A stretch of DNA of 62,248 bases, filler included, from Trichosphaerium sp. ATCC 40318 (Eukaryota; Protista; Tubulinea), in NCBI GenBank assembly GCA_038496445.1. It is 3 parts of 3 records of this genome, joined end to end, with 100 filler letters (N's around TTAATTAATTAA, not from the genome) between each part and the next. Parts side by side here need not be neighbours in the genome. Positions count along the whole stretch, not along the records: positions 29,423 to 51,445 come from JALMLS010000346.1; positions 51,546 to 62,248 come from JALMLS010000492.1; 1 more part is not named here. One strand, given 5' to 3'. The notes below the pieces were generated by a model. That model did no database searches. It was not told the DNA's origin and worked only from the letters and a program-made list of their open reading frames with translations. A program made the position numbers and the translations under genes. Positions 41,940 through 54,500 of this stretch are shown here, piece after piece (position 1 is the stretch's first letter; every line of letters starts with the position of its first letter).

Positions 41940-42210
41940 TATTGAATCTAAAGCTTTTAAACCACATGTTATCTACCTTCACTTCATGGCAAAGAAAACC
42001 AAAGCCAATCCAGTTACTCAAACATTTGATTTTGTGCAATATGTGTTAGAGCAATTGTATGAACACGGTGTGTTTGAGCAATTCTCCAATATAACCATTT
42101 GGAGTGATGGATGTGGTAAACACTTTAAAGCATATGCAGCACAATATTTTATGGGTTTGTTTCAATCACGAATGAAGAAACCTATGGTATGGAAGTTTTT
42201 GGCACCTATC
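41940..42210 (+). mobile_element. DDE transposase relic (Sola-like, tentative)
   Basis: ITIWSDGCGKHFK...WKFLAP motif, breaking off just where HGK..xD would be expected. Confidence 0.55.
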
Positions 42211-42367
42211 TTTCAAGTACAACTCTAGTATACTATACAACTTAGGTAAACTCAAGCAACAAATTGAGTTCTTGGTTCTTCTCAGAATTGTCTGGCTGGA
42301 ATATAACTCTATTCAACACGGTGGCAGCATGTGCTCCCGACGTTTATTCACTCACAAATACAAATAT

Positions 42368-42586
42368 GAGCGCCTTCCAGCGCTCCTCCAATCTGACATG
42401 GTCAGCTTTTACAGCTTGACCTGATCACTCCTTTCTGGGCGGTTGGTCTTAACCGGACAATTACGGTCCGCCTAGTAGGTGTCCTGTCTCTTCTCGCGTT
42501 GAGAGCGGTAGGTGTAACTCCTATGTAAACCCTTGGTTGGCACCAATGTATGTTAACCTGCGATTGGGTCGCTTGATGCAACGCAG
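42368..42586 (+). ncRNA. Candidate structured RNA or structured repeat (unidentified)
   Basis: Locally GC-rich with at least six adjacent hairpins; G-U pairs favour the + strand. Confidence 0.35.
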
Positions 42587-42699
42587 ACAAATAAACGTAA
42601 GTAGTTTATCAACAGCCGATGTTGGCTTTGACTAAAATTGATCGATTTTATTGAATACCATTAGTACTAAATAGTAACATGAATAACATGTGTTTTACC

Positions 42700-43345
42700 T
42701 TGTTGTGTGATATTACCTGTCCAAATCAAAGCTGTCTTTCCATATACATTCACAGCCTCAATGTTGGCATTGACATGGATTAACGTAGATACAATTTCAA
42801 TTTGGTTGTCACCTTCTAATACTAAAATAGTAGTGAGCTCTCAAGTTGTATTTAGTATGATACTACCGGCATTAAGCAAAGCTGTGTTTCCATGTGCATC
42901 AACATTTTGTTTAGCGTTGATACAACTTTGTCAAATCCGAAAAATGCTAGGTTATTGATCTAATACAATTAGAGACCGTCAAATTGATGACTCAATATCT
43001 AATGTGTGATACGGTGATATTACCTGCATTAACCAAATGTTTCCACTTTGATTTATCAACAGTATAAATATTGGCGTTGGCATTAATTAGCATTGATACA
43101 ACTACATTGTGTCCTTTTAGTGCTAAATAGTAGAATGAGATATGTACATGTTTATCTCATCTATCATGTTACCTGCAAACATTAAACCTGTATTTCCATC
43201 TTTATCAACAGATCGATTAGAATTGATACAATTTTGTCCACATCGTGCTAAATAATAGTGTGCGGCTTGTATTGCTCTCTCATACGGAATACCTGCACGT
43301 ATCAAACCTGTATCTCCAACTACATTAACAGCATCAATGTTGGAT
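42700..43345 (-). pseudogene. Array of about 5 degenerate single-ankyrin exons
   Basis: Repeated (N)ANIxxVDxxGNTALxxA|G exons ending at GT donors; frameshifts and deletions. Confidence 0.7.
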
Positions 43346-44389
43346 AGCTAGCTTTTTTGTGAAGATATCCAACTAAGCAGTTGTGACCTTATTATTCTAT
43401 TGGTACAAATGTCTTGTATGAAGACCAATTTTAATTTTATCTTACTAATACTATTTGTAGCCACAGTTTGATTCAATTCTGGTTAACAGTATAATCGCAC
43501 TATTTCAAAGACGTGCGTTTCTTACTAAGGTTTAGTTACTTAATTGGCCGTTAGGTGATGAAGTTACTGGAGTTAAACTAGTTAAAGTTGTTAACTATCT
43601 GGCCCAAGGTGTAGCATGTACAGTGTAGTACGTATTAGCTTAACATCTACAAAGGTGCTTACTGAATTGTACTTTTAGCATGTTTGTAAAAAGTGGTATC
43701 ATTCGTGTGCTTTGTGTGATATGTTCCGGGGTTTTGATTGTGTATTGACTGATGCATTTTAGTATAACGAACCAATTTATAAGTTTGCCTTTATTCGTGA
43801 CGTCCTCACAGGCTTGGAGAGTATTTTGAACGGGTGATAGTATACTTGTACTTTCTTTTTTCTGATTCTATAGTTAATACTGTTTTACATAGTGGTGCTT
43901 TTAGAATCAACCGGTATGTATTTCAGTTTGACGCCGATTGCATCCTTAAAATCAAGTACGTTTATTCTCATGTATGAATATACAAGCGATGTCTATGCGT
44001 GGTCTATCTCCGATCTGGCTTTGATTACCATTAACACAACATCGTTGTCTATTGCTCCTGTTTGTGCTAGAGAGTAAAATAATGTTTTTGAGGAGTGCTA
44101 GAATTTTTTGAAAGTGTGAACTGCTTACAAAAATCGTCCCTAAAGAAAAACCAGGTTTGGGTATTTGCATTGATGGAGAATGTGATCAAGGATCACTAGG
44201 ATGTTGTGTCACATGCTTTTAGAATAAACATATTTTACAAATCGTGTTTACGTTTTTATTACAACTTATCGGGAATGATCTAAGTGAAGAACCAAACCCT
44301 CTCTATCGTTCAAATGTTGGTGTAATTGAACTTGTGATTGCTTTCGCAGGTTTGTATTGGTTGGTGCATAAATAGCTAACCAATCATAG

Positions 44390-44704
44390 CAACAAATGGC
44401 CATGCTGAATTTATAACAAAGTTAATCGAATCCAATGGCAATAAAGATGCAGTTGATGATAGATATGGAGATACAGGTTTGATATGTGCAGGTAATGACA
44501 CAGGGAGATACAACACAAGTCGTTCACTATTATTTGTTACGATACATGAAAAATCCAATATTGATGTTGATGAAGGTGGATACAGTTTCACATTGTTATT
44601 TAGCAAGGGGAAGAATAGAGCCAAATAGTATTAGTGTTAATCAATGCCAAGGCCAATATTGACGCCAGTACTAAATATGGAAGTACAGCTTTGGTTTGTG
44701 CAGG
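44390..44704 (+). pseudogene. 2-3 degenerate single-ankyrin exons
   Basis: GHAEFITKLIESNGNKDAVDDRYGDTGLICA|G and LINAKANIDASTKYGSTALVCA|G. Confidence 0.7.
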
Positions 44705-46079
44705 TCACAGATGAGATATATAACCTGTTACACACATTTACCCAATTTTTATGTATGTAGTAGATCGCATATGTGTCTATACGTGGTATTAAACAAGCGT
44801 TTCTAGTAACAAATAGTGCACTTTAATTAACAATTTCATTGAATGTAAAAACGATTTATTTATAGCTGGGATCATAGTCTTCTCCTCTATCACCACCATT
44901 TTCTGTAGGTAATTCAATTAACACATGCCGGTTACGGATTATATTCTTTGGTTTACGGTGGTTTTATCACTTTCAGTGTTCCACATAGCATTATTATCAT
45001 CTGCCTCTAAAATTTCAGCTGAAAAAATTGTCCTTTCTTGGTAATCCAGTGTAGTGCCATTGCGTGTGCCTACATTAATAACTACACAAATTCTAGTGTC
45101 ACCTCTACAATAGCCACATACATGATCACATGGTTTGATACAACCATGTCCACATTTTGGAACACGTTCCCTACTTTTTTTTTTGTATTTGTTGTGTGCC
45201 CGAAGAGTTTAAGCGTATAACATAGAACAGAGGCCAGATTGGGCGGAAGATTCAACCCAATTTTTTGAATTAAAAGAATCTGTGACAATAAAAATGTGAT
45301 TCAGACTATGATGTACTGATCGCTATCTCAATAGCCTCAAGTTCAGAACCGTTTGAGTCAGCATGGAATACAGTCTTAAATATCATCCAATAACTGCGCC
45401 AGTAGCTACTCTGTCTTTAACACTGCCGTCGGTGGTAAGTACTGAACTCCTGTGGGGTTGCGTTCCAGAGATGTACTCCAACTTTAGCTCTTGGGGTGTT
45501 TTAGACGTCTATAATATTATAGCTAGTTTTAGAAAAGGAGAAGATTTTTGTTGATATCGTGCTTCTTGGTTTTTTGATGTTGTATTCGCCTTAACACCTT
45601 TGACGATGGCGTTTGCGCAGCGGATTGGGTGAGAACAAATTCAATTTATACTCTTAGCACAAGGTCTTTGACTGTAACAACAGACACTACTATAGTATGA
45701 CGTCACATTGAAAGTGACTTGAGGGGACAAAAAGCTAGTGTTTTTCTCTGTCTGGACCCTTGTACTATTAGTATTTCACGACGACTCCAACACGAACTCC
45801 AATAGCGTCCAATAGGGAATATAATATTCACAGGCACAGTAAAATCACCATGTGGAGACCAAAAGCCCTTCTGTTGTGAATGAATAGGCATATTCACCGT
45901 ATTCAATATTCATGCCTTTGCCTGACAGACGTTTGGTTAAATTAGAAAAGACGCTATGCTTGGGTTCGCACTAAAAGGGCAATTCTTTGGTGGCTTTAAA
46001 AAAGGTTTTTATTTGCAAGGGAGCATAACAGTGGGTACACTAGCAACTGCCACGAAGTCGAAGTACGAAATGGAGAGTG

Positions 46080-46274
46080 AATCCAGAAGTTTCACTTGCT
46101 CAATAACCAAAAACCGCACTTTAAGCTTGTACAAGATTGTTGTCTACATAAAAGGCTATTTAGGTAACCTAATAACGTGACTCTAGTACTTTACCTTACC
46201 AGCAGCGTCTAAACCCAATAACAGTATTCTGGACCTGGTTTGGACCCCAACAGTTTTCCTAACGCGCTCCCCAT
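46080..46274 (-). pseudogene. Frameshifted ARF-like gene fragment
   Basis: MGSALGKLLGSK, frameshift, RILLLGLDAAGK|TTILYKLK; downstream exons degraded. Confidence 0.7.
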
Positions 46275-46790
46275 TGATAGAACTTGTGTCAAAATTATGG
46301 CACGTCGTATGATAGCATTAAGAAAGAGTTGTAAACCTCTTACTGAACGATCAATTTACTTCAGAATGTCCGGTCAAACTTCACATGCATACGCTTTTTC
46401 ACGTATAGCAGATGGACGTGAGATCTTATCCATGATTATTCTGGAGAACGGAGTCTAGCTTTCAAAGAAAAGACGACGTAGGTGCCACTGCCAAATGTGT
46501 ATTAAAAAAAACAGTGCAAAAACTTTGTTTTGGCATCGCTGCACGTAGGTGATGCTACGGTAGCAGTATTTTGAGTGTTTGCAACAAAGAGAGCAAGGAT
46601 AACAATACAGACTATACAGTCACGTCACAGTCAATGTAAACAATACAGCTTTTGATCTCTGTGCAACTCAAGTCTAACTACCTTGTTTGTCCAAGTTTAA
46701 ACGGCACACATCATCTGTATTATGATAATACCTAATGTAACGTGCGTACCTGCAACTGAACGAAACCTAGCATAAAGATAAAAGTCTTCC

Positions 46791-47117
46791 AAAAAAAAAA
46801 ACTACCGTTAAAGAAAAGTCATGACTATGCTTCTTGTGGAGGAAGACCTAAGCTGCAACAACATAGGAGTATTAGCTTGAACTTTGTTTGGCTTTTATTG
46901 TAGAGGTATCCCATTCGTAGGTGATAAGGGTTTACTGTTACCTTGTGCAGCTCCGTTGTGGTTTTTGGTCTTTTCTCCATCGCCCATACTCTACCTGGCG
47001 TCTATACAACAAAGGTAACGTTAATTTAATTTCTTGCGCAACTTCTTATCTTTTTCAGTAGCACACTCTAACTAGACAGCACCGAGGGATCCTTCTTTAA
47101 GGCTCTCACTCAAAACC
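46791..47117 (-). repeat. Dispersed conserved repeat, copy 2 (with ~85-nt insertion)
   Basis: Reverse-complement match to 36819-37058. Confidence 0.85.
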
Positions 47118-47738
47118 ACTTGTTATTTTGTCCCATTTTGTTTTAAGGTTACAACGCTCACGGTGCACGCATATACAGTGTTGAGATTGCGTTTAATGTT
47201 ATTGCAGAACTAGTTGGTTTTTTTTTGTGTCTAATAGTCACACATGCGTGCTGAGGTTGCTACGGTGTTAGTTGAGCAAAAAAAAAAAGCGAAAGGGCGT
47301 TTTGTCGCAAGTCGTTGCTTTACACATGCAACTGGGCACGTAACAGAAACCAACTGTGGTATTACTTCATTCAGGCATTAGCTTGTTTCACTGTTGGCTT
47401 TATTTATGTCTATACACATACCACGGTATAAAAACCAAGTGTAAACGCAAATAATGTAAGGTTTCAAGATATCTGTTTGTAAAGGTTTTTTACACCTTCC
47501 GTTTAGTGGCCATTGACGTATGATTCACTTACTAGGACTAACTGATCGATAAGTAGTCGTGTCATAACTCCCAATGTGGCCTTTTGAAGATATTCAGTAA
47601 GCGAAGACTCAAAGCGCGTTCACCTGTTACATGGTTCAACAACAAGTCAATTTATCTTCGTATCACGTCTCCTGAGCTTGATCTTAAATAGTTTGCCACT
47701 TAAGCGAAACTACAACATCATCTCACTATAATTGCACA

Positions 47739-48290
47739 ATGAGCACGGCAGCACCTCCTCGCAGTAATAGGGCTGGTCACAGAGTTTAAAAACACGCATT
47801 GGGTTATTCGCTGACAAATTCAGTACTGCAATACGCGCACAGAGTTCGATGAAGAGCAGGCGGACAGCCGTAAAGAGTTTGAAGAGCGCTATAAAAAAAT
47901 AGACGCTAAACGCCAGGCACGTTTCTAAAAAAGCGGGTTCTTTATGCGGAAACCTTCTGCTCCTTGCGACCGTAGGGTTGCGTTAAAGGGCGAGTTGATG
48001 TCGAAAACTGTCGTTGGTATCAAGTTGGCAAATCTTTCTTTATTTTTGGTTTTAATCACTAACAGCGTGTGCCAGGCTGCTACTGTGGAGATTTTACGCA
48101 GTTTAATAACCCAAAACGATGATTTAAAAGGTATAAAACGAAAATACGACCAAGCTATGGTTGAGAACGCTCAACTCAAGAGAACTGCAAGTACTTAAAA
48201 AATTCAAGAGAACAGTATCTGGAGCACTTGATGAAGCAAATGAAGAATCAGAAGACGCTGATGTAGTTCTCCTACAGAAGATCTAAAGGA
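47739..48290 (+). CDS. Small coiled-coil hypothetical protein or pseudogene
   Basis: Exon-like TEFDEEQADSRKEFEERYKKIDAKRQ|AATVEILRSLITQNDDLK...; no family recognised. Confidence 0.3.
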
Positions 48291-51200
48291 AAAATTATGT
48301 TCTTCCAAAGGTAACAAAGGCGTGACACTTTTTTCAAAGCTAAGCTAGAAAGCTTCCTTGCTTCCGTGATCAATGGGTTTTGATTGTATTCACGCGTCAG
48401 GGGCTGCATTAGTGAAACTGGAACGATTCGAAAGTGAAGGGAAAAAAAAACAACCTTCCATGTGGTGAAGCGTTATTGCAACTTTGCAAAACGGTCTAGT
48501 AATTGCGGTGATATTGTAATCAACCACATTTCACTAAAACAATAAAAAAAACCGATTTTTTTTCAAAACAATTAGATTTTCTCAATCCATCACCAGGACT
48601 TACAGTACGTTAAAAAAGTATCTTGTGTTTGTGTAACGTAATGCATCTGTCACTTACAAAACACTTTCCAAGAAAGAGATTTGTTTTGTAGCTCATAGAA
48701 AGTGTTTTGTAAGGCACAAAAAAAACACGAGTTCTGAAATCCGCGAAACATATTTCACGTGCTGCGAGCTCCTTTGGTTGGTCACACGCAAAAAAAGCCA
48801 TTTGTAACAAACGTGACAGTGTTTTACGTGCTCTTAATGATGAAAAATCAGTGTACCTTTCTGTGCTTTCTTGCCGTTCGTTGTCTGTGATACAGGCTTG
48901 CTTGCGTTTTTTCGACATTCTCGGGGAAGCTAGAGCTAGAATTCTTTAGTAAGTGAAATTTGGCGTAATAAAAAAAAGGTTTTTTCAGAAAGTGTAGTCC
49001 AGTTTTTATGTGTAGATCAGTGCATATGTAGGTGTACCACGTGCCGCTATTTGGGCTGAAAAAGCCCTGCGGATGAAAATTTTTTTCGTATCTCTCTACG
49101 CGCTGAATAGCTAAAAGAGGATTTCCGATACTCCGAATAGTGTTAAACAACTTTAAACACACTGTAGAAACGCTACCTGCAAGGACAGCGCATAGAGAAT
49201 AAAAAAAACGGTTGTGGTTCACGTGTTTCATATTAACTCTATACGCTGAATAAGCCAAACTCACTGTTATTAATTAAAAGCTTCCGGAATCATTTCCGCT
49301 GTTCTTTTATAGTGCTACTGTGCTGTTTCTAGCAGTGGCGAAAATGCAAAAAATACGCATCCAAATGGGCATGGATGTTAGCCTTTTTTATAAAAATGCA
49401 AAAACATTTTACCTTAATCTCTCGCGTAGAGGTGTCTTGCTACTTACCTGTCAAACTCAAAAAACCCTTCAAGAAATAACGGCTACTCACTAAACTCAAA
49501 AAAGAACGTGTGCACAGGTTAGCGTGCCCAAGAGTTGCTTTTGAATCTCTTGGAAAAAATTAACTTTTTGGAGTATTGCCATTTGGCTTTGGAAGCTTTG
49601 CTTTGAGTTAAGCCTCAATTGTAAGGTGCCTCTGTGGTTGCTTAAAAAAGGTAAAATAAAACAAAGTACACTTGCATATTGTAAAACGATGTGGTATATG
49701 CTGTGCTTCCATACGAGTTGCATTTACTATCCAAAATGAGATAATTCCAGGAATAGACTAAAGTAACTTTAGTATTATTGTTGGTTCTAAAGGGAGCCAT
49801 GAATAGCAAGCACGTGCCTTATTTACTACTATTGGATTTGGGTTGCCAAAGCACAGACTTGGCCATATTTGTTTGGAAGTAGAGAAGTAGAACTAGACAC
49901 ATCAACTATAGTATCTCGTAGTCTGTTACACCTAAAACTAAGTGTCAAATACAAGTAGTTAAAACCCAATTGATTATTTAGTGCAAAGCATACATGCGCA
50001 TGTGCTTCTTCAAGTACCAGACAGAGTTACTTGTTTTCCACTTCAGAACGCACTCAAATAGTGTAGCATGTCAAAGGTATCATAACATATCACCACTACC
50101 AGTTGCAATCTGTGTTCTATTTCAACATGTTAGAGTTGGGCTTATAATTGTCCATCTGAGATTGAGATTGCGGTTGGTTAACATATACTTGTAGATGCCC
50201 TTTCCTTGCTGATAAACGATTGTTCTGAGTTTGTGTACTGGAGGGCAACAAACATTAGTATAACAACAAGGTTAAGCAAGGGAGATAGGGGTGAGATAAT
50301 ACACAGGGTAACTGTAACACTAGCATGAAATAAGCAAAATCTAAAAATAAGTGGGTGCACTATTAGATGGATATAGGGTTGGGGTTAATAACTGCCCGTA
50401 GAAATAAGCCTTTGTCTACCACTACATCATTTTCTTCTTCCTCCACCTCTTTCTTGCCTTCTTTCTTAGTCATAAGGCGGTGTCTTGTTTTGGGAAGTTG
50501 ATTTACTACTACTGCTACCTCTGAGTAGCTCAGAGTGCCGGTTCTTCTAATAAGCTTGTGCTTAGGTTGTTTGCCTGTTCAGAAAATTGTTAGTGTTTGA
50601 TGTTTGTAGTCTCTACAGGGACAAAAATGAGCGCTAACCATAGCACTAGATTTATGTGATTGATGAGACTAAACGAAAACAAAACAGATTGACAACTAGA
50701 TGGCACAGTACCTTAAACACTGTCAAAGCTCTCCTTTTCGCATATAACTGTAGTTTTGGTACAAGTCCTCAAAATCAATACAATTCCATGCTAGAGCACT
50801 GCAATATGACGATATTTAAAAACTTTTTTACCTTGTTGTTACTTACCTTCTACTTCCTCTATTTCGGCTGAAACCTGTCTGTGCCTATTCAAAACATTCT
50901 CAAACACCTCTTTGGGTTGCTTGATGCCCTTTTCAAATTCCACTCGGCCTTTGTAGTCACTAGAAAGAAGAGTGAGTGAGATTTAATTTGATTAACAAGA
51001 TGGTGTTATGTTGTTTAGAAAGGTAAATACTAATGCTAGATTAATACTTACTTGACATTCTACATGTCAAAGAACAACTTCAACATTTGACAATGTTAAG
51101 TGTTGTGCCAGGTGATGTTTGGATGGCAAGTCACATTTTTCACAGAATACGAATGTACCAGAAACTTGAAAACAAATAGTAAGTAATACCAGGCGTCAAA

Positions 51201-51445
51201 AATAGACAACACAGTTTAAAGACTGCAAACCCCGGTACACAGCATCTTAATCGCATGTATAACCATTCAATCTAACAAGAGCCCGTTTAATAGCATCTGT
51301 TACAAATTTACGTTGTGGTGCTAATTGGGAAGCTTGAAGTAGATGTGTTACCTAGTCGACGCGTAAGCGTGTTTGGCATAATATTCCGCAGAATTATAAT
51401 TCAACAGGTAGGCAGTTTACCTTATTTAGCGTTTCACTCCTGTAT

Positions 51446-51545
51446 NNNNNNNNNNNNNNNNNNNNNNNNNNNNNNNNNNNNNNNNNNNNTTAATTAATTA
51501 ANNNNNNNNNNNNNNNNNNNNNNNNNNNNNNNNNNNNNNNNNNNN
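51446..51545. other. Artificial contig spacer (N44-TTAATTAATTAA-N44)
   Basis: Same linker as at 29323. Confidence 0.98.
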
Positions 51546-54500
51546 ATGAGGTGAATCTGTATCAAGAATATGTCGAAGAGAACTCTCAATATTCTTCAAA
51601 CAAGATAACAGTTTGATTGCATCTATCTTGCAAATAAAGCGAAGACATGCCTTCTTTACACTGTAAGGAGGTGGAATACGAAGCAACGAGCAGATTGAAG
51701 TCAAAATCTTGACTTTGAATGAGTCAGAAAGAGCATCAAAAATAGCATCACTTGAAACATGATCAGCAATGACTTGAGAAAGCATCATGCCGCCATTGGT
51801 GCTTGATAATCTAAAGATGTATATCAGATATGGCTGTTGAACCTTTGTATAGCGTACAATGAGAGTAATGCAGATTGGACTGCTTGAGCTTTGTTCGATG
51901 AAAACACTGAAGCATCAAGACTTTCAATGACAACTTTCCATTCGGCATAAACATCATCTGATAGCTCTGCTTTCCCCTTAAAGTCCTTAACGAGTACTTT
52001 CTGGATATGCTTCAAATAAGGTAGTAATATACTGGCCTTATTAGCATGGTTCGCTGCCTTGACACTTGACAACAATACAGCCTAAACAAACCAGGTCAGA
52101 ATACTTTTGTTGACAATATTCAAAAAAAGGAGGAACCTTTGCAGGTGCAGATGTGACGCGATGACAAGCTTCTGTGACAATAAAGGCGTATACTTTATCC
52201 CTAGATTATATTAAGCACTTTTCAAAGCTATATCTAAAAGTGGTGTAGAAGAGCGTACATAATATCTGGGTATTCGTTTGCAAATGTAGTAAAGAAAGTG
52301 GCAGTGTAGTTTTTGTACTCCAAGAAAGAACGCTTTTGGTTTCCAATACTAGCCATAAGCTCAACGAGATTACTGTCGATCTTATCATCATTTGTGTCAA
52401 TGCTAGAAAGCAAAGATACCATACATTCAAGAGCTCCACCACGAACTTCTTTGTTCTCTGAAGAGATAGAAAATAGAAGCGGAGGGACTAGCGTGTTTAC
52501 GACCTTTGGGTGGTATGAAGATGGTACACAACATACGTATACTGATAGTATTTGTTGTACACGTCTTACGACTGTTGTAAGCTCTACAAAGAAGTCAGAA
52601 AGAACCACGTGTTTAAGCAGTAAAGAAAAGAAAAAAGAGCTGACTTACCGCCATCGTAAATAAAGGAGGCCAAAAAGGTTAGGCTCTCCACGCCAAGACC
52701 AGTTAAGATTGTATTAATAGGTCTCAAGAAAGGTTGAATACGACTGAAAGAACCCAATAAATTAACGAAAATGCGGTTGTATGCTTCGAGAACCTGAAAA
52801 AAAAAAAAAGAAAAGTTAACATCACGTTCATGTGTAAGTTGATTGTATCGTACCTTTGCACCATTGCCCATCGTTTTATATACTTGAAGAACTTGATCCA
52901 AAATAGCTAGGTTAACTGCAATGACACTTGCGGCATCGTGTTGAGCACGCCAGCCAGACATACTCTGCCTAGACACCAAAGTTAAAAATCGGATAGACTT
53001 ACTTAAACGGGAAAAAAAATTATGAAAGTTGGTATTTGTATGTACCAGAATACTTCAAAATTCCAGTTTGCAATGCCTCTAGCATCAGCAAGTGGTATAT
53101 GTGGTAAATCTGGAATCTCAGGTCTATGACGAATGATACCAGCCAATAATTTTGTGATTATTAAATTTCCCAAAACATCTTGGCTGTCAATCTTTGCCAA
53201 TAGACCAGTAGCGATAAGCACAGCAATAGGAGCGTGTTGACCGACTTGCAGTATAGTCTTGGCAATATCTGCTTTTTGATTACTTCTGATAGATGTCGTG
53301 ATATTTGATACGAGTTTGTTATTAACCTCCATTAGAGATCCTTTCAATGAGAGTCCTGGAAGTTTATTACAGATACCTTGTTGAGGTAAAAGTCCATAAG
53401 CAGCCTTGCACGTTTTGGAATACTATCGACAAGAGGTAAGAAATGTAGAAAAGAAAAGAACTTGAGTGAGAGAAAGCGAGAAAAAAGTATTTGATTGCCG
53501 TTTTAACAAAAAGTTTCTTATTACCTCCTTGCTGTAAGGTAGGAACTTGAGAACGGCAGCAAGTCTGAGTTCATGTTGAGATTCTGCGTTGACATAGAGG
53601 GAAAGTAATTTTGCTGTAGTGGCGTCTGGGAGTACTAAAAAAACAAAACTATGTCAGCCAAAACTATTCACAACTCAAGTTCATGCAGTTCTACGTACCA
53701 GTTGATTCCTTAGACCCCAAATCAAGTAATTCACGTGCTTCAGCCACTAGGTCAACATTTGTTGCATTGGTTATAATAGCCTTAATATCTTTGAATGCCA
53801 AAACAACATCAATTGTTGATGAGTCTCCACTTGAGAAAATCTCAGAAACACCTGTTGCCATCAAATCTTTGAGCTAAAAAGAAGGGGTTACTAAAAAATG
53901 CATTGTAATAACGAGTGTGTATATATATATTAGAGTGCGTTGCACGTGGGGTTTTTACCTTATCAGACGAGTTGTAGACTTTGTGTAAGTGATTGATTGC
54001 ATTGAATCTTGTTTGTTTATCCTTCGATTTTAAGCTGAGCAAAAGACTTGTTTCTTGTCCTTTAGCGACACCTTGCATAACAAGCTGATGTCTTGTACCC
54101 TGTAATATAGGTTCACATCGCTTTACAAGACCTTCTTTACGAGCTACAAGACCACTAATAGCTGCATCCATCAAATCGCTGCACTTATCATCAAGAACTA
54201 CCATTACTTGTTGTAACGCTTGTGTTTGTGTATCTGTAGGCTCTTCTAGTATCAAAAAGCTATTGATGAGCTCATGAGCAGTGTCTTCAACGAGATTAGG
54301 ATCACATTGGTTCGAGATGCACTCAGAAAGTCGAGCAGAAGTCAAAAGTTGTGAAAGCGCTGAACCAAATACAGGAGTTGCACTAAACGATTTTTGAGTA
54401 CTGGAGGGACTGAGAAGTAATATTTCTTGTCAACGTACGCGTTGCTTGATAAGAAAGAAACGTAGTACTCAAGGAACGTTGATATATCATAATTTTGCAT

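Noticed and set aside
49440-49452. TACTTACCTG resembling the U1 snRNA 5' end
   Set aside because: No U1-70K or U1A loop motifs follow; more likely a minus-strand splice donor.
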